Shown here: one piece after another, positions 1 to 11,810 of the stretch
Numbering within the stretch: position 1 is the first letter of the stretch
How the letters are laid out: every line of letters begins with the position of its first letter
Notes under the pieces: generated by a model
Seen by the model: only the letters and a program-made list of their open reading frames with translations
Databases searched by the model: none
Told to the model about the DNA's origin: nothing
Source of the DNA: Marsupella aquatica
Taxonomy: Eukaryota; Plantae; Marchantiophyta
Assembly: GCA_973895155.1 (NCBI GenBank)
Contig: OZ316894.1
Span: 12,440,828 to 12,504,827 of the forward strand
Direction of reading: 5' to 3'
DNA: 64,000 nt
Translations under genes and position numbers: made by a program

Positions 1-1085
1 TGGGAGAACTCAGGGCCTCAAAAGAACAGGCCCCTTACCTGCAAGTTGGCTCTTATCATTGATTACACATGTAGTGAATATTTCAATGGATCAACTCTAG
101 TCAATGCAATTTTGTGTTGACAGTGGACTTTGCATCCAGGGTCATGGCTTGCAAATATTCTGCTGCAATGTGCAGCAGAGGACTGTCTCATGTCCCCATA
201 GCCTCCCGAAGGAGGGTTCCATAGTGTTCCATGCTTTATGGTTCTTATGTCCCCATTGTGAGAACAGCTTGACTCAACTATATCCACATCCTGGCAGAGA
301 GCTCCGCCACCATTGATCTACTAAGAGCCAACTTGCACTTTGGCAGACCTTTGTTTTTGGGCCCTTAACTCAACAGATGGCATTTAAACATTGGATGAGA
401 ATTTGATGTCTTAGGGCCCTCATTCAGCAGACAAAATATATAGTGGATAACCAAGGGCAAAGGCCAGAAACTTTCTGACCTTTGAATTCCTGACTTAGTT
501 ATGAAATCAAAATAATACACATGAGGCAAGCCCAGTAAAGGTAGGCCCATTGACTCCTAGGAGCAGCAAATTAGGGAGAAGTCAGGGCCTCAAAAGAAAG
601 GGCAACTTACATGCAAGATGGCTCTAAATGTGAGGCTTAGAGCATTCCCACCAGTCACAGGGAATGCCCAGCCAGGGAGGACTTTAGCCTGACTGGCTGG
701 AGAATCTGGTCCTGAAAATGCTCTACATTTCTCACATTGAGCCAGAACTTGCCAGTTTGAGCATGCAGGAGGGTTGGCCGCCCAACCTTGCCAAACACAG
801 CAAGGACACCAATTGCAAGACATATGGACTGGTGCAATTGAATTGACAAAAGACCATCACAATACATTGCATGTTGCACATAAGGTGGGGAGCATGTTGC
901 ACATGGGGTGGGCTTGCTGGAAGGGTGCAATACGCCACCAATGATCTGGTTTGCCATTCAACTTGCAACTCGGCAGTTAACCAGTTCTAAATGGCGCCAT
1001 TCAACTTGCTACTCAGGCAGTTAACCAGTCCTAAATGGTTTCCTAAATGGAGTGAGAGGTGAAAATGCTCTACATTTCTTACATG
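1..1085. repeat. Patchwork of direct and inverted repeats, probable DNA-transposon remnant
   Basis: GGGAGAA-TCAGGGCCTCAAAAGAA...CTTAC-TGCAAG-TGGCTCT occurs at ~2 and ~574, with an inverted imperfect copy at ~322-372. A tandem ~44-nt duplication lies at ~952-1040. TGAAAATGCTCTACATTTCT occurs at ~713 and ~1060. Confidence 0.5.
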
Positions 1086-1392
1086 TAGTCGACTATAAAT
1101 ACACTAGACCCCATGGGAATGCTCTAAGCAAGCTCGTCAGTTGACGGTGGTCATGAGACCCATATCTCAACCGCCCCTTCCCTAATGAGGGTGGATACGG
1201 CTCCACGGAACCGCACTCTTTGCCGTTCAATTCGTCTCTTCTCTACTCTTCTCTACTCTTCTCTTGATTACGTCGAGCAAATACATATCTTTGCTCCTTC
1301 GTTCAAAAACAGGAGCGAGAAGAAGTGAATCGGATTACGGCAAGCGAGAGAAACAGAGTGGGAGGGAGGCGACGGGAGATTAAGGTGGAGCC

Positions 1393-4300
1393 ATGGCAGC
1401 TTACAGTCAGTCCTGCTTTCTGCGAGGTCCTGCTTTTGCCCTCGATTTGTCTAGCAGCAACGGACTGAGAGCAGCGAAGAAGTTGTCGAGCAAGCGCCAA
1501 GTTGCGGGGAATCGTCGTGCCATCTCGGCTCGTCCATTGTCTTCTTCGCCTGCCCGTGCTGCTGTGTTGGGCCCCATCGTTGAGCATCTAGTAAGTTTAA
1601 CAGTGTTTGAATCGAAAATTGGAGACAGCGGGCCAGCTCAGGGATTTGTCTGACTGTGATTTTTGATTATGTCGTGGAATTCTCCAATAGCCAGAAGCCC
1701 CGGACCTCTCGGGAAATTGTGCATCCATACTGTTTTTTCGAGCTGTTCTTTAGTAGTTCAATTGAGTTGTCTTTGTAATCCAAGGCAATTGGTTCCGATT
1801 GGGGCTGAAAAGTGCTGTCATAAATGCAACGAATATGTCACCTCAACAGCTAGAAAATCATCAGAAATGATAGGCTAGAATTCGACGTTGATCTGTCTTT
1901 TCTTTGTGGTTAAAAAAATGGGTGTTCTCATGAAGGCGTGGTCCTTGGACGCAAGCCATTTTTCTCTAGATATCGAGAATCGTCAGTGTAGTGTAGTGTA
2001 GTGTAGTGTAGTGTAGTGTAGTGTAGTGTAGTGTAGTGTAGTGTAGTGTAGCAGCTTGATTGAGAAATAACAGGCCCTAAGATATTATTCCGCAGTTGCT
2101 CACTTTAAATCTGATGAGTCACAATGATTGTATGAGTGAGTGAAGGTATTATAAAGAACATGGACAGCAAATTAATGGCCTCGGGCAGTGCACATAATAA
2201 ATTAAAGGAGAGTACAAATCTACCGTGAGCTGAGCTGTTTCAGTTTTTTGGCGAATGAAGAGATTGTGTATGAGACTGAAAATCAGATGCCTGCATTGAG
2301 GAGAATTGAATTTTCTGAGCCTAACGTCCAAGCTGGTCAAGAGAGAGCGAGAATCAGAGTGGATGTGGTCTCATAAGGCCGGGTGGGTTTATTGCAGTCA
2401 ACTGCAAATGTGGATCATTCTTCCTTGATAGCGCTTTTGGCGCAAGACACCTCCGGAGATGCTGTCAATAATTTTCTCTACAATGCGGGACAAGATGCCA
2501 ACTCAGTAGTTCAGGATCAGTTGTCGTCCCTCGGTCCGGCCAGGTACCCCTTTCAGATATCCGAGCTCCCGAGCTCCATCTCCGCCTTCAATACTTTATA
2601 GTATCTACAGCCGGACTATATTATTAATCACTGCTGATCAATCGGAGGCCTTGCAGTGTGGCTATCATCTTTGGAGCTGGTTTGGTCACAAGTCTGTCAC
2701 CATGTACACTCAGCGTTTTGCCTCTGACTCTGGGTTACATCGGTACACTACTAACCCACGACCGAAATGATTATTACCCTGGATTGGATTCCCAATTTCC
2801 CGATTCTTCATGCTTTCCTTTGCTTCGCATTTCGTCTCGATGACGCTGCTTGGAAGTTCTGTGTGGAATTAAAGCTAGTCCACATGGGATATCCTCTTAA
2901 GCCTCCTGTGGCAGACACCGGAACTTAGACCTTGGCCGTACTTTAAAATGTCGTTTGTCCTCTTTCAACGTTTATGACTTCTCTACCCTATTTCAACAAG
3001 TTTTGTGCTTGACATACAAGCTCCAAGATCCTGACAAATGGCTTGGGAATGGTTTGATTTGGCAGGGGCGACCGGGCCCGGAAAAAGCCGCACCCAGGTG
3101 TGTTTGGTTAGCTCCCTTTAGATGGGGAGAAATCAAAAACCTCCTGTTCAGAGCATTTTGTTGTTTTTTTAAGGCAACAGCGTAAATCCACACTAAAGCA
3201 CTGGCCAACTTGGACATCAAAGGCATTTGTGTTTTAAGGCATTCTCATATTGTCTGCTGAGTGGATTGTGGCCAGATGAACTCTCTGGAAACTTGAATTG
3301 GTGCATTCAATGTGTATGGTTTTATTTTCATATTAGCTGTACGCGAGTTGAGTTAGTTTGTCAGGATTTTTCCAGTAGCAGGATGACCAGCAGTTAACAA
3401 GCTGTGTTTTAATTTCAGTTTTTTCGTATGGTGTGAACAGAAAATTGTAGATTCCATATCGTTTTCCTTGGGCTTGGCTACGACATTAGCTCTGTTAGGG
3501 ATTGCAGCATCATTGGCTGGAAAAGCATATGGTCAAATTGGGCAAGGCTTGCCTGTGGCTGTATCTATATTTGCAATGATCATGGGATTGAACCTTCTGG
3601 AGGTATTCTGACAAATTTTCATATCCAGCTAGTTACTTAAATGTTGTTTTTTTAATCTGCGGCAATTGAAAGATTACGTTTAGCTCGCTTGTGCTACATT
3701 TTTGGCTTGAGCTTTACTTGGTTGGATATATACAATATCAATAGGAAACTGTGTGCTTTCTTAAAGCTGGAAGTGTGGTTATAGGCGGAAGATTGTCGCT
3801 CACTTTTTTGCTGCCGTTTGCAGTTAATTGAGTTGCAGTTGCCTTCACTATTTGGAGATTTCGATCCAAAAAAAGCTGCAGCCAATCTTCCCACCAGTAC
3901 GGTAGCTTCCTTTTGGACATTTTGACCATTGAAAGAATTTTTCCAATTCTTTTCAAGCAGATGATCTTCTTAACGAAGACGACTCTGATCACTTTACAAG
4001 ACTTCACAGGATTTATGACGTTTGAGAAATTGACGTGCAGGTGCCCAGGCATACCTAGCAGGTCTTACATTTGCACTGGCAGCGTCACCTTGCAGTACAC
4101 CTGTCCTTGCAAGCTTGCTCGCTTATGTCTCTACTGCGCAGGTTCTCTTTGTCCTTGCAGTACTATTTGTTTCAAGCTTCTGCCTTCTAAGTACCTGTTG
4201 CCAACAAGCTTAATAGGGAAGTGTTGGTGATGATTGCAATGGCGTGCTTCCACAATTCAACCGTAGCCTATCACGACCTTCCTCCTGATCCATCTTGCTT

Positions 4301-4954
4301 ATTGAATTGCCTGACTTTAGGACCCAGTCGTTGGAGGGACGCTACTGTTTGCATACACCACAGGATACGTTGCTCCCCTCTTGCTAGCTGCTTCATTGGC
4401 TGGTGCTATCCAGGTGATGACCTTTCAGATCCTGTGTATTCACGATTTTCCTTGAGAAATTCTAATTAATATTAAGAATAGCCATGTCTGGAAATATTGC
4501 ATGTTAAATTAGAAAGAATAATTGAGTTAAGCTGTGTGTGTCCTCAGTGTAGGCTAGGGGTCCAGAAAGGTTGATAGGTCAAGAATCTCCGACAGTCCTT
4601 TCGTTCCGGTGTAGCTTAATGCTGAAACCCGAAGAGTCAATTTTAAATTTTGCAGCAGCTCATGTCACTCCGGAAGTACTCAGCCTGGGTTAATCCGACG
4701 AGGTGATATAGCTTCTGCCCTTGCGCTTGAGTTTCAAGTATTTTTCTTGCAGTCGAAGGTAGTTAGTTATCCTGCTGCGATTCTGGTTATACCAGTTTCT
4801 ATAAAGGAATTGTTTGCATTAGGCATGACTGACTTACAGATTGTGGCATGGCTATTGTGACTGCAGTGGAGCGTTGTTGTTAGGAGGTGGCCTCTACACA
4901 TTTCTAGTGCGTGTATTTCCTGAGACTGATGTAATGAGTTCGATGTCTATGTAG
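1393..4954 (+). CDS. CCDA: Plastid cytochrome c biogenesis protein CcdA (DsbD-like thiol-disulfide transporter), about 10 exons
   Basis: Exons, all GT-AG: 1393-1590 (Ser/Arg/Ala-rich transit peptide), 2398-2543, 2657-2742 ([27 protein letters not shown]), 3066-3097, 3441-3602 ([10 protein letters not shown]), ~3823-3897, ~4040-4141 ([22 protein letters not shown]), ~4321-4413, ~4656-4702, 4867-4954 ([14 protein letters not shown]...TAG). Both conserved SPC redox motifs are present. Confidence 0.93.
1986..2051 (+). repeat. (GTGTA)n microsatellite in CCDA intron 1
   Basis: About 13 perfect pentamer units. Confidence 0.95.
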
Positions 4955-6812
4955 TAGCATGATTCTGGAGAACCCGTTGCCAAACTCAAAAGATTAATTC
5001 CTTCAGTATCATCTTTGAGTCGACCTTTTTTCTCTCGAAATGGATGGTTAAAGTAACAGGTTAGACCAATTGCAGCTACTTTACATGCACTGTAAAATAT
5101 TTTTAGAAGCCTTTTCGTCACGTCCGTGTGGTTGAAACGGATTATTTGTGTCGCTTGGTCAGAAATATGAGACCAAATTACAGATTTCGTTTGTAAATTA
5201 TTTCAATTGTTGAGTCATTCACCCATACCCTGTATCTGAGCTGGACATGAACTCCTGCTGTTTCTCATCCAGCAATCTGAGATTAAGTCCGGGCCCACGT
5301 CCACTCATGGGAAAAGTATAGAGGATCGTTCCATAAATGCAGTATAAGAAAAGACCTTTGAAGTTATTCAGCCCGCGTCCTGGTCTCCCTCTACAGTGGC
5401 GGGGTGAGGTGGGAAGAGATGATGGCATTTATAATGCTAACACCTTGTGTAGAAGATCAAACTGACCTGATCACCCATCCATCAGAGAGATGTCTTAACT
5501 TGTAAATATGTCAGTTTAATCGTTAGATATTTATCGATCTGTTGTTGTTGGTCCAACTGGTATATCCAATGTTTTGTAACTGATGATAAAGAGATTGTGA
5601 CGCATGAATCAGCATTGGAACAACTTGCTATCTCCGTCGTCTTTTGTTGATAACGTCCTGTTACGTATCCTATGATCGGTGCGAATTCAGTTTCCTCTTT
5701 GCTGTGTTAAGTTTAAAATATATATGGACACCATGGGCTGTTTCCATCATACGAAACTCGGCAGTACAAATGGAAGGGACGGCAGCATCATACCACGTCG
5801 GCCCGCATTCTTTCAGAACTCGCACAGGTCGGGGTACCTCTCGCAGGTGGGGCAGCACACGGGAAATGTACCAAGAGTATGGCAAGTCGTCGGGGTATTC
5901 TGCGCCGTAACATTTGCCCTGCACCTATTACCGACATCTTTCCTGCAAGGCAAAAGATTCTGAGGGGATTTATAGAGGGTCTGATGGTGCATTGCATGTC
6001 TTTCTCTCGGTATCAAATTAGATGTGCCATATTCGCGGACTTGTAAATCCTTCTTGATCAGACTGATCGTACAGAGCGGAAGCAAGGCCGCCGCTCCCTC
6101 GACGTATCTAGGGTATAGTCGGCCTCACAAGATTATTTTCCGCCCCATCTGGGATGTGAGCAAATGTCTCTGAGTCCTATAGCTTGACATAGAAGGGCCT
6201 CACGCCAGTTGCTGAGCACAGCTTTTTGGTGTGCCGTACTCGACTGCAATTTCCTGTGAGCATGTTACGAACCTCGTCCAGAATCTCGTCCCAGACGTAG
6301 AGATATAATTAAACAATTGAGTTCCTAGGCGCACATTTGCTCCACCTGAAACCATTAAAGACTAGAAAACAAAGAACAATACCGTACAGCTGAAGATTAT
6401 TCAGTGTCCGCATCTGGCCACGCGTGCCCTCACTCGTAGATTAGAGACAAAACTGGAGTGAGTCCAAAGATGTAGACACTTATGTGAGCTTATGCAACGA
6501 TGGCTCAAAACTGACGTCGTCCAATCAGGGCATAAACTTCATTCCATTCTGAAGCTAGGCCAGTGATATATTATTTTTAATGACAGCTCCTGCTACTCTG
6601 AGCCTCGCAAATATAAGGTCACAATGCAAAACAAAATTTTGTTCTCGCTGTTCCAACTCAAATGCTTCTGCCACCAGAAGGGGGCTAAGGGTACCTTAGC
6701 TGCTTTCGAGGACGCTTTGCAACTTGTCATAGTAGACAACCTGGTTCATGCGTCTGTAACTGCCCAGGCTACGTGGTCTAGGTCGGTAAAGAGCAGCTGG
6801 GCAAATTCACAA

Positions 6813-8199
6813 TCAAAGCCGTGTGGCTGGAATACAACAACATGTTGACCTGGGTACTGGAGGCCCCGTGAACCATCGGTCCCAGTGAGGATCCGACTGT
6901 TGTTGAACGCCAGAGCTGCACAATACATCTAGCCGGCATTAGCCATCCTTTCAAGCAGCAGCCTTGTCAATGCAGCGACAAATAAACTCGACAAAAGACA
7001 ACAAGCCTTCTGAAGAAGTATGAGTGGGTTCCAACTTACTTTGCAAGAAATGGGTCAATTTGGTTCTCAATTGAATGCACCAACCTGTACATGAAAGCAG
7101 GGGGCCGCGGTCTTAGGAGAGATGAATTTTTCACATGAATTTGAAATGACTTTAGCAAGATTCCAGGTATCATTCCAGGTATCAAGATGCACGGCTTGAG
7201 AAAATTGATGATTCAATCCACTGTTTGCACTAGAATGGCTAACTTAGGACATCTGAATTAAACAGCCTAAGGAAGTGCCCAGGGTGCATACAATCTGCAT
7301 ACTTCAGAGGCTGGCGGCAAATTATCCAATCTCTGCAGTTCCTCCTGCAACAAGAAGAAAAAGCTTTCAAAAATCAAAAGCATGCTGGATCGCTCCGTAC
7401 ATGCTCGTATTGATTCGAAGCAACGTAGGTAGGAAGAGATGCTTCCTAACACGACTTTTATCTCACTGTGTGCAACAGGGTTTAAGTTAACCCCTCACGA
7501 TCGGATCTGCTCCTAAATAGTTTCCGACACAGTGAATTAGCCAACAAACTATGATAAAACAACAAGAGATTCGTTCACGAAAGCATTCAAAGACTGAGTA
7601 AATCCAAAATCCATCACAAGCTCAACTAGAAGAGAGATACCAAAAGTGAAAAAGCCATCAAAGATATCCCAGTACAGCATTAAAGGGAACAACAGTTTTG
7701 GCAATGATAGCATTACAAGGCACCCCGCATTGCATAAAACGCGAACTTACTAGATCAAGTCAAACCTCTGCTGAATTATCACGCCTAGAAACAGAATAGA
7801 TGGCATTCATAGAACGTGCAAGATCTTTTCGAGCTCAGGGCAACGTAAGGGAGGGCAGAGCCGGGCCTTGAGTCAATTCTTTATCAGCTCATTCAATTCA
7901 AACAGCAGGCTTTCATAGGGGCAACCTCAAAGCTACGTAGACTTGCGCCTCAAAGCAGAGGAGAGCACGAGGAAATAAGTAGGCAGGCAGGCAGCTACCT
8001 GTAGAAGCCGAATTTCCTGGTTGAGTCGATTCAATTCGGCCTTCTTTCTCGCCCGGCCATGTAAATCCGGCCCCGCCCGTGGTTGCGGCATCATATTACT
8101 TTGGCTGTAAGACGACGAAGGACCGGGATTGTAACTCGGGGAGCTCCTACTACTTGTGCTAGCTACATTACTAGGATACCTAAGTACCGGCTGCTCCAT
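6813..8199 (-). CDS. Heterotrimeric G-protein gamma subunit (AGG-like), 133 aa, 4 exons
   Basis: Exons 8199-7999 (201 nt), 7344-7292 (53 nt), 7084-7040 (45 nt) and 6915-6813 (103 nt) are all GT-AG and join in frame. Translation: ...HGRARKKAELNRLNQEIRLLQEELQRLDNLPPASEVCRLLVHSIENQIDPFLANSGVQQQSDPHWDRWFTGPPVPRSTCCCIPATRL*. It has the GGL coiled coil, DPLL-like DPFL and WDRWF motifs of plant G-gamma, and the family-typical 53/45-nt internal exons. Confidence 0.92.
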
Positions 8200-8530
8200 G
8201 TATCTGCGGCCCGCCTCTCAAACACAACACATGCACTCGAGCATCCCAGCGCCTTGTTGGTTTACAGAACAGTACAGTAACCTCCTTGCCTCCGCTCTCT
8301 CTCTCCTCTCCTAGATTCCGCTTCGTTCTCTTCCCTGGTTCTGCAGCAGATAATGAATGAGTCTACCCAAAAATTCCCGGCTACAATTCTCTTTCCGTAT
8401 GCTCTCCCTGTGCTACACTTGTACTTCTTCGCCGAACCCCGTGGTTCTCACTGCTTACTGACGACGTCTGCTGAATCCTCCTACTCTCCTTCACTCCTTC
8501 AGTCAAATCGTCGAATCTCCTCCGTGTCCA

Positions 8531-8576
8531 TCTCATCTCATCTCATCTCATCTCATCTCATCTCATCTCATCTCAT
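8531..8576 (+). repeat. (TCTCA)n microsatellite in a CT-rich promoter/5'UTR region
   Basis: About 9 pentamer units. Confidence 0.9.
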
Positions 8577-8697
8577 TGTGAAAAGTCTTTCTCTCATCGT
8601 CTGCCTCCCTCCTTCCCGCATGCCTGCCTGCCTTCCTACCTCGCCCGGAAGGCCTGAACAGACAGGAAAGAGAAACTGGGAATCGTAGAAGCAGAGC

Positions 8698-9088
8698 ATG
8701 GATAGCGAGGACAGCATGCCAACGACAAAGGGATCAATCGAATCGTGTTCGACAGAACCGGATGAGGGAGAAGAAGACCCAACAGACAGCCTCTCCGCGA
8801 GGGAGGAGACTTTCGAGTCAGGACTCCCAGAGAATAGCTTTTTCATTCCAGTAGCAGCATGGGGAAGAAGACCCCAACAGAGATGGGCCCTCCTCTGCAG
8901 ATTGGGAAGTGGTGACGACAAACCTCCCGAGGCGAGAGGAGCTTTTCAGTAGTAGTAGTGCAGGACCTTGCCGTTGACGCCTGGGGTGACGACGTCCGCA
9001 GGAGTCTCTTCTTCCGTCTGCCTGTCTCACAACAGTTTCCCAGTTTCCCGGGTTTTTCTCGGTCAGCATTCGTGCGAGCGTAAATTCG
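8698..9088 (+). pseudogene. Possible first exon or relic of an unknown gene, divergent from G-gamma
   Basis: An acidic ORF (MDSEDSMPTTKGSIES...) follows a CT-rich leader, and a GTGAG donor-like site lies at ~9089. The frame closes at 8952 and no downstream exons were found. Confidence 0.25.
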
Positions 9089-9383
9089 GTGAGGAATGAA
9101 AAGGTTACCCGTGTAACCATTTTAGGAGGTGCATGTTATTTCCAGAGTCTCCTGCCCCGAAAGTCATGATAGTTAACTTCTATTCCCACTATGACTCTAC
9201 TACCTCAATTTGATGGACCTTAAGTCCCTAGTTATGGGTTATGAAATCACAACGTTAGTGGTTACAAAGGTAGTGGTTACAGTGAGTCGTGAAAGAAAAA
9301 ACAATAAAAACTTTGAACTTACACCCTATTATTTCCATAGTCTTTTGCCCGAAAAATCTTTTCCTCATCCTATCATGACTATA

Positions 9384-11200
9384 CTAGCCCCATGCCCGTG
9401 CGTTGCACGAAAGACTTCGAGTGAGGGCAAGATGTCAAGGAGAGGGCAAGATTTTGAGGAGACGGCAAGATGTCGAGGTGAGGGCAAGATGTCGAGGTGA
9501 TGGTAAGATGTCGAGGTGAGGGCAAGATGTTGAGGTGAGGGCAAGATGTTGAGGTGAGCGCAAGATGTCGAGGTGAGGGCAAGATGTGAAGATGATGGTA
9601 AAATGTTGAGGAAAGGGCAAGATGTCGAGGTGAGGTCAAGATGTTGAGATGAGGGTAAGATTTTGAGGTGAGGCAAACATGGTTATGCATTGCAAACATA
9701 TAATTCAAGCAAAAAGTCAAACAGATTAATACCAAAGTGATACAATCTTTATTCACGCGTTCAATAAAGAACCTCATCATATACAACATTTTTTGTCAAC
9801 CTTGCTTCAGTGACCCTCCTTGGAATCCGAAAGGAAAACCTTGATAGTTGTAGAAGATGTTGCCCTTGAAAATGCTACACACAACTGTACGTGACTAAAT
9901 ACAGATTTTGAAAGTTGTGACCCTACATGATCTAAAGTCTGACCTTGAACCTTGTCTATGGTCATTGCATATGTCACTTGAATGGGAATTTGGACCCTAC
10001 GTAATAAAAAAGGAAATGATTTGTCAGATGTCAACGGAATCTGTGGGATAAATGTAAGGGTCCTTGCATGCTTTCCTGCAAGAACTCGTGCCTCAATGAC
10101 ACGACGATTCATTGCTCTCACAATTAGGTGAGTACCATTACACAACCCCAAAGAGTGATCTATAATCCAAAGTAAAATGACAGGGCATCCAACCTTCACT
10201 ACCAACTTATGAGGCGGCACACCACTCGGCGTGAGTGTATTCAAGAACTCCGTAGGGTAAAAATTCTCCCCTTCGAGCTGATCCGGACGATCAACGCTAA
10301 AAAACTCCCTAGATTCACCAGGAAGTCCTTCTAAGATATCTGAGGACTCCATTAATTTTTAGTGCCTCGTCATTTGTCGGCGCCAGGGTAGCTCTTTCAC
10401 TTAAGAAACTGTCCTTGGGCCCCAGCCTTTGTAAACTAAAGAGGTATATGTGCATACACCCCCCTCCCTAGTACCCCTTATTATTTTTGGAAGTCTATAA
10501 AAATTTCTCTTGTTATTCTTAAAAACCTAATTTTGGAGAATAAATCTGCCCCTTTGAGATATTATAATTTCACATTTTACACCATTTATGAAAGCCTTGA
10601 AAAGTTATAAATTTATCATGTGCAAACGGTTCTAAAACTGAAGGGAGTGTTTTGGAAGGGTTTTGGGTACATACATTTTTGTGTTCATGACCCTTTAACC
10701 CCAAACTTCAACTTTGGGGCATTTCTGAACCACAGGGCAGGGTAGTCAGGGTTCAAAAGCTCCAAAGTACTAAACTACTCTGAATCATAGATGTTGCAAG
10801 CATAATTATATGTCATATACACATGTTCCAATAAAGGGTGGCCACAAGGACCAATCCTATTGTGACACGTGTCACATCCATATTACATCACCTCTTGAAG
10901 CATATTAATTTGGGCGACATTTATATAAGCCTATATTAGTTAGAAAGGGTTCTTTGAATAAAACCATCCCTTGATATTTCTAAGCCAATTATAAAAATTA
11001 ATCTCAAATCAGATTTTTTGCATCCTTCATCCGTTCGCACATCCAACCCATTATTAATAATGTTGGGGGCCCAGGGGAACCTGTCGTCCACAGTAGCAAG
11101 AGATGGGTAAATTGCATGAATCAATGATTTCACACGTACTCCATCCACCACCATAGACTCAAGGCAAGTAATAAGATTATTTGAAGGCAAGGCAGACAAA
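9384..11200 (-). mobile_element. Helitron remnant with C-terminal Pif1-like helicase fragment and intact 3' terminus
   Basis: ORF 10352-9807 reads YPTEFLNTLTPSGVPPHKLVVKVGCPVILL..GLCNGT..YAMTIDKVQGQTL..VFSHVQLCVAFSRATS. Upstream remnants are SERATLAPTN (~10370-10410) and SLIHAIYPSL (~11100-11130). The minus-strand 3' end has hairpin CGTGC-AAC-GCACG, then CTAG (9387-9384), then T. Confidence 0.9.
9412..9676. repeat. About 19-nt minisatellite (GAGGTGAGGGCAAGATGTC)n inside the Helitron 3' region
   Basis: About 13 adjacent degenerate units with no spacers. Confidence 0.9.
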
Positions 11201-11321
11201 CCAATGAACGACCCTTAAAAGACATAAAAAACTCCAATGGCCATGGATGACTCCCACCCTCAGCTCATTTTGTAAATGGACGAAAGGCAAAAAATGACGG
11301 CATTGGTTATTACAGTGTTAG

Positions 11322-11810
11322 ATAGCTCAATGCCCGTGCCTTGCACAGAATATCTCGAGGTGAAAAAAAAGAGGTTGAGAAGAGAAAAAGATGTCAAGGA
11401 GAAGCCCGAGGAGAAGACAACGTGTCAAGGTGAGATAAGATGTCAAGGAGAGGAAAAATATTGAGGTGAGAAAAAGATGTCCAGGAGATGAAAAGACGTT
11501 GAGAAAAGAAAAGAGGTCAAGGTGAAGAAAAGATGTCAAGGAAAAGAAAAGATGTCGAGGAAAAGAAAAGATGTCGAGGTGAGCAAAAGATTTGAAGGAG
11601 AGAAAAGATGTGAAGGTCAGCAAGAGATGTTGAGGAGATCGAGGAAAAAAAGCCAACTTGGAAAAGAAAACATGTCAAGGAGCTAGAGAAAACATGTCAA
11701 GGAGGGAAAAGTCATCGAGATGAGAAAAAGATGTCAAGATGGGACAAAGACGTCAAGGTGAAAGAAGATGTCATAGGAGGCAAAGATGATAAAGGTAAAA
11801 TATGTAAGAT
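11322..11810 (-). mobile_element. Second, more degenerate Helitron 3' end with a related ~19-nt minisatellite
   Basis: ATAGCTCAATGCCCGTGCCTTGCAC resembles the 9384 terminus and is followed by GAGGTGAGAAAAAGATGTC-type repeats. Confidence 0.7.

Noticed and set aside
9412-9676. CRISPR-like appearance of ~19-nt repeats (also 11400-11790)
   Set aside because: The units are adjacent and degenerate, with no unique spacers and no cas genes. This is a Helitron-associated minisatellite.
9365-9789. Minus-strand ORFs with repeated HLDILPSPRHLALTSTSC peptides
   Set aside because: These are translation artefacts of the minisatellite.
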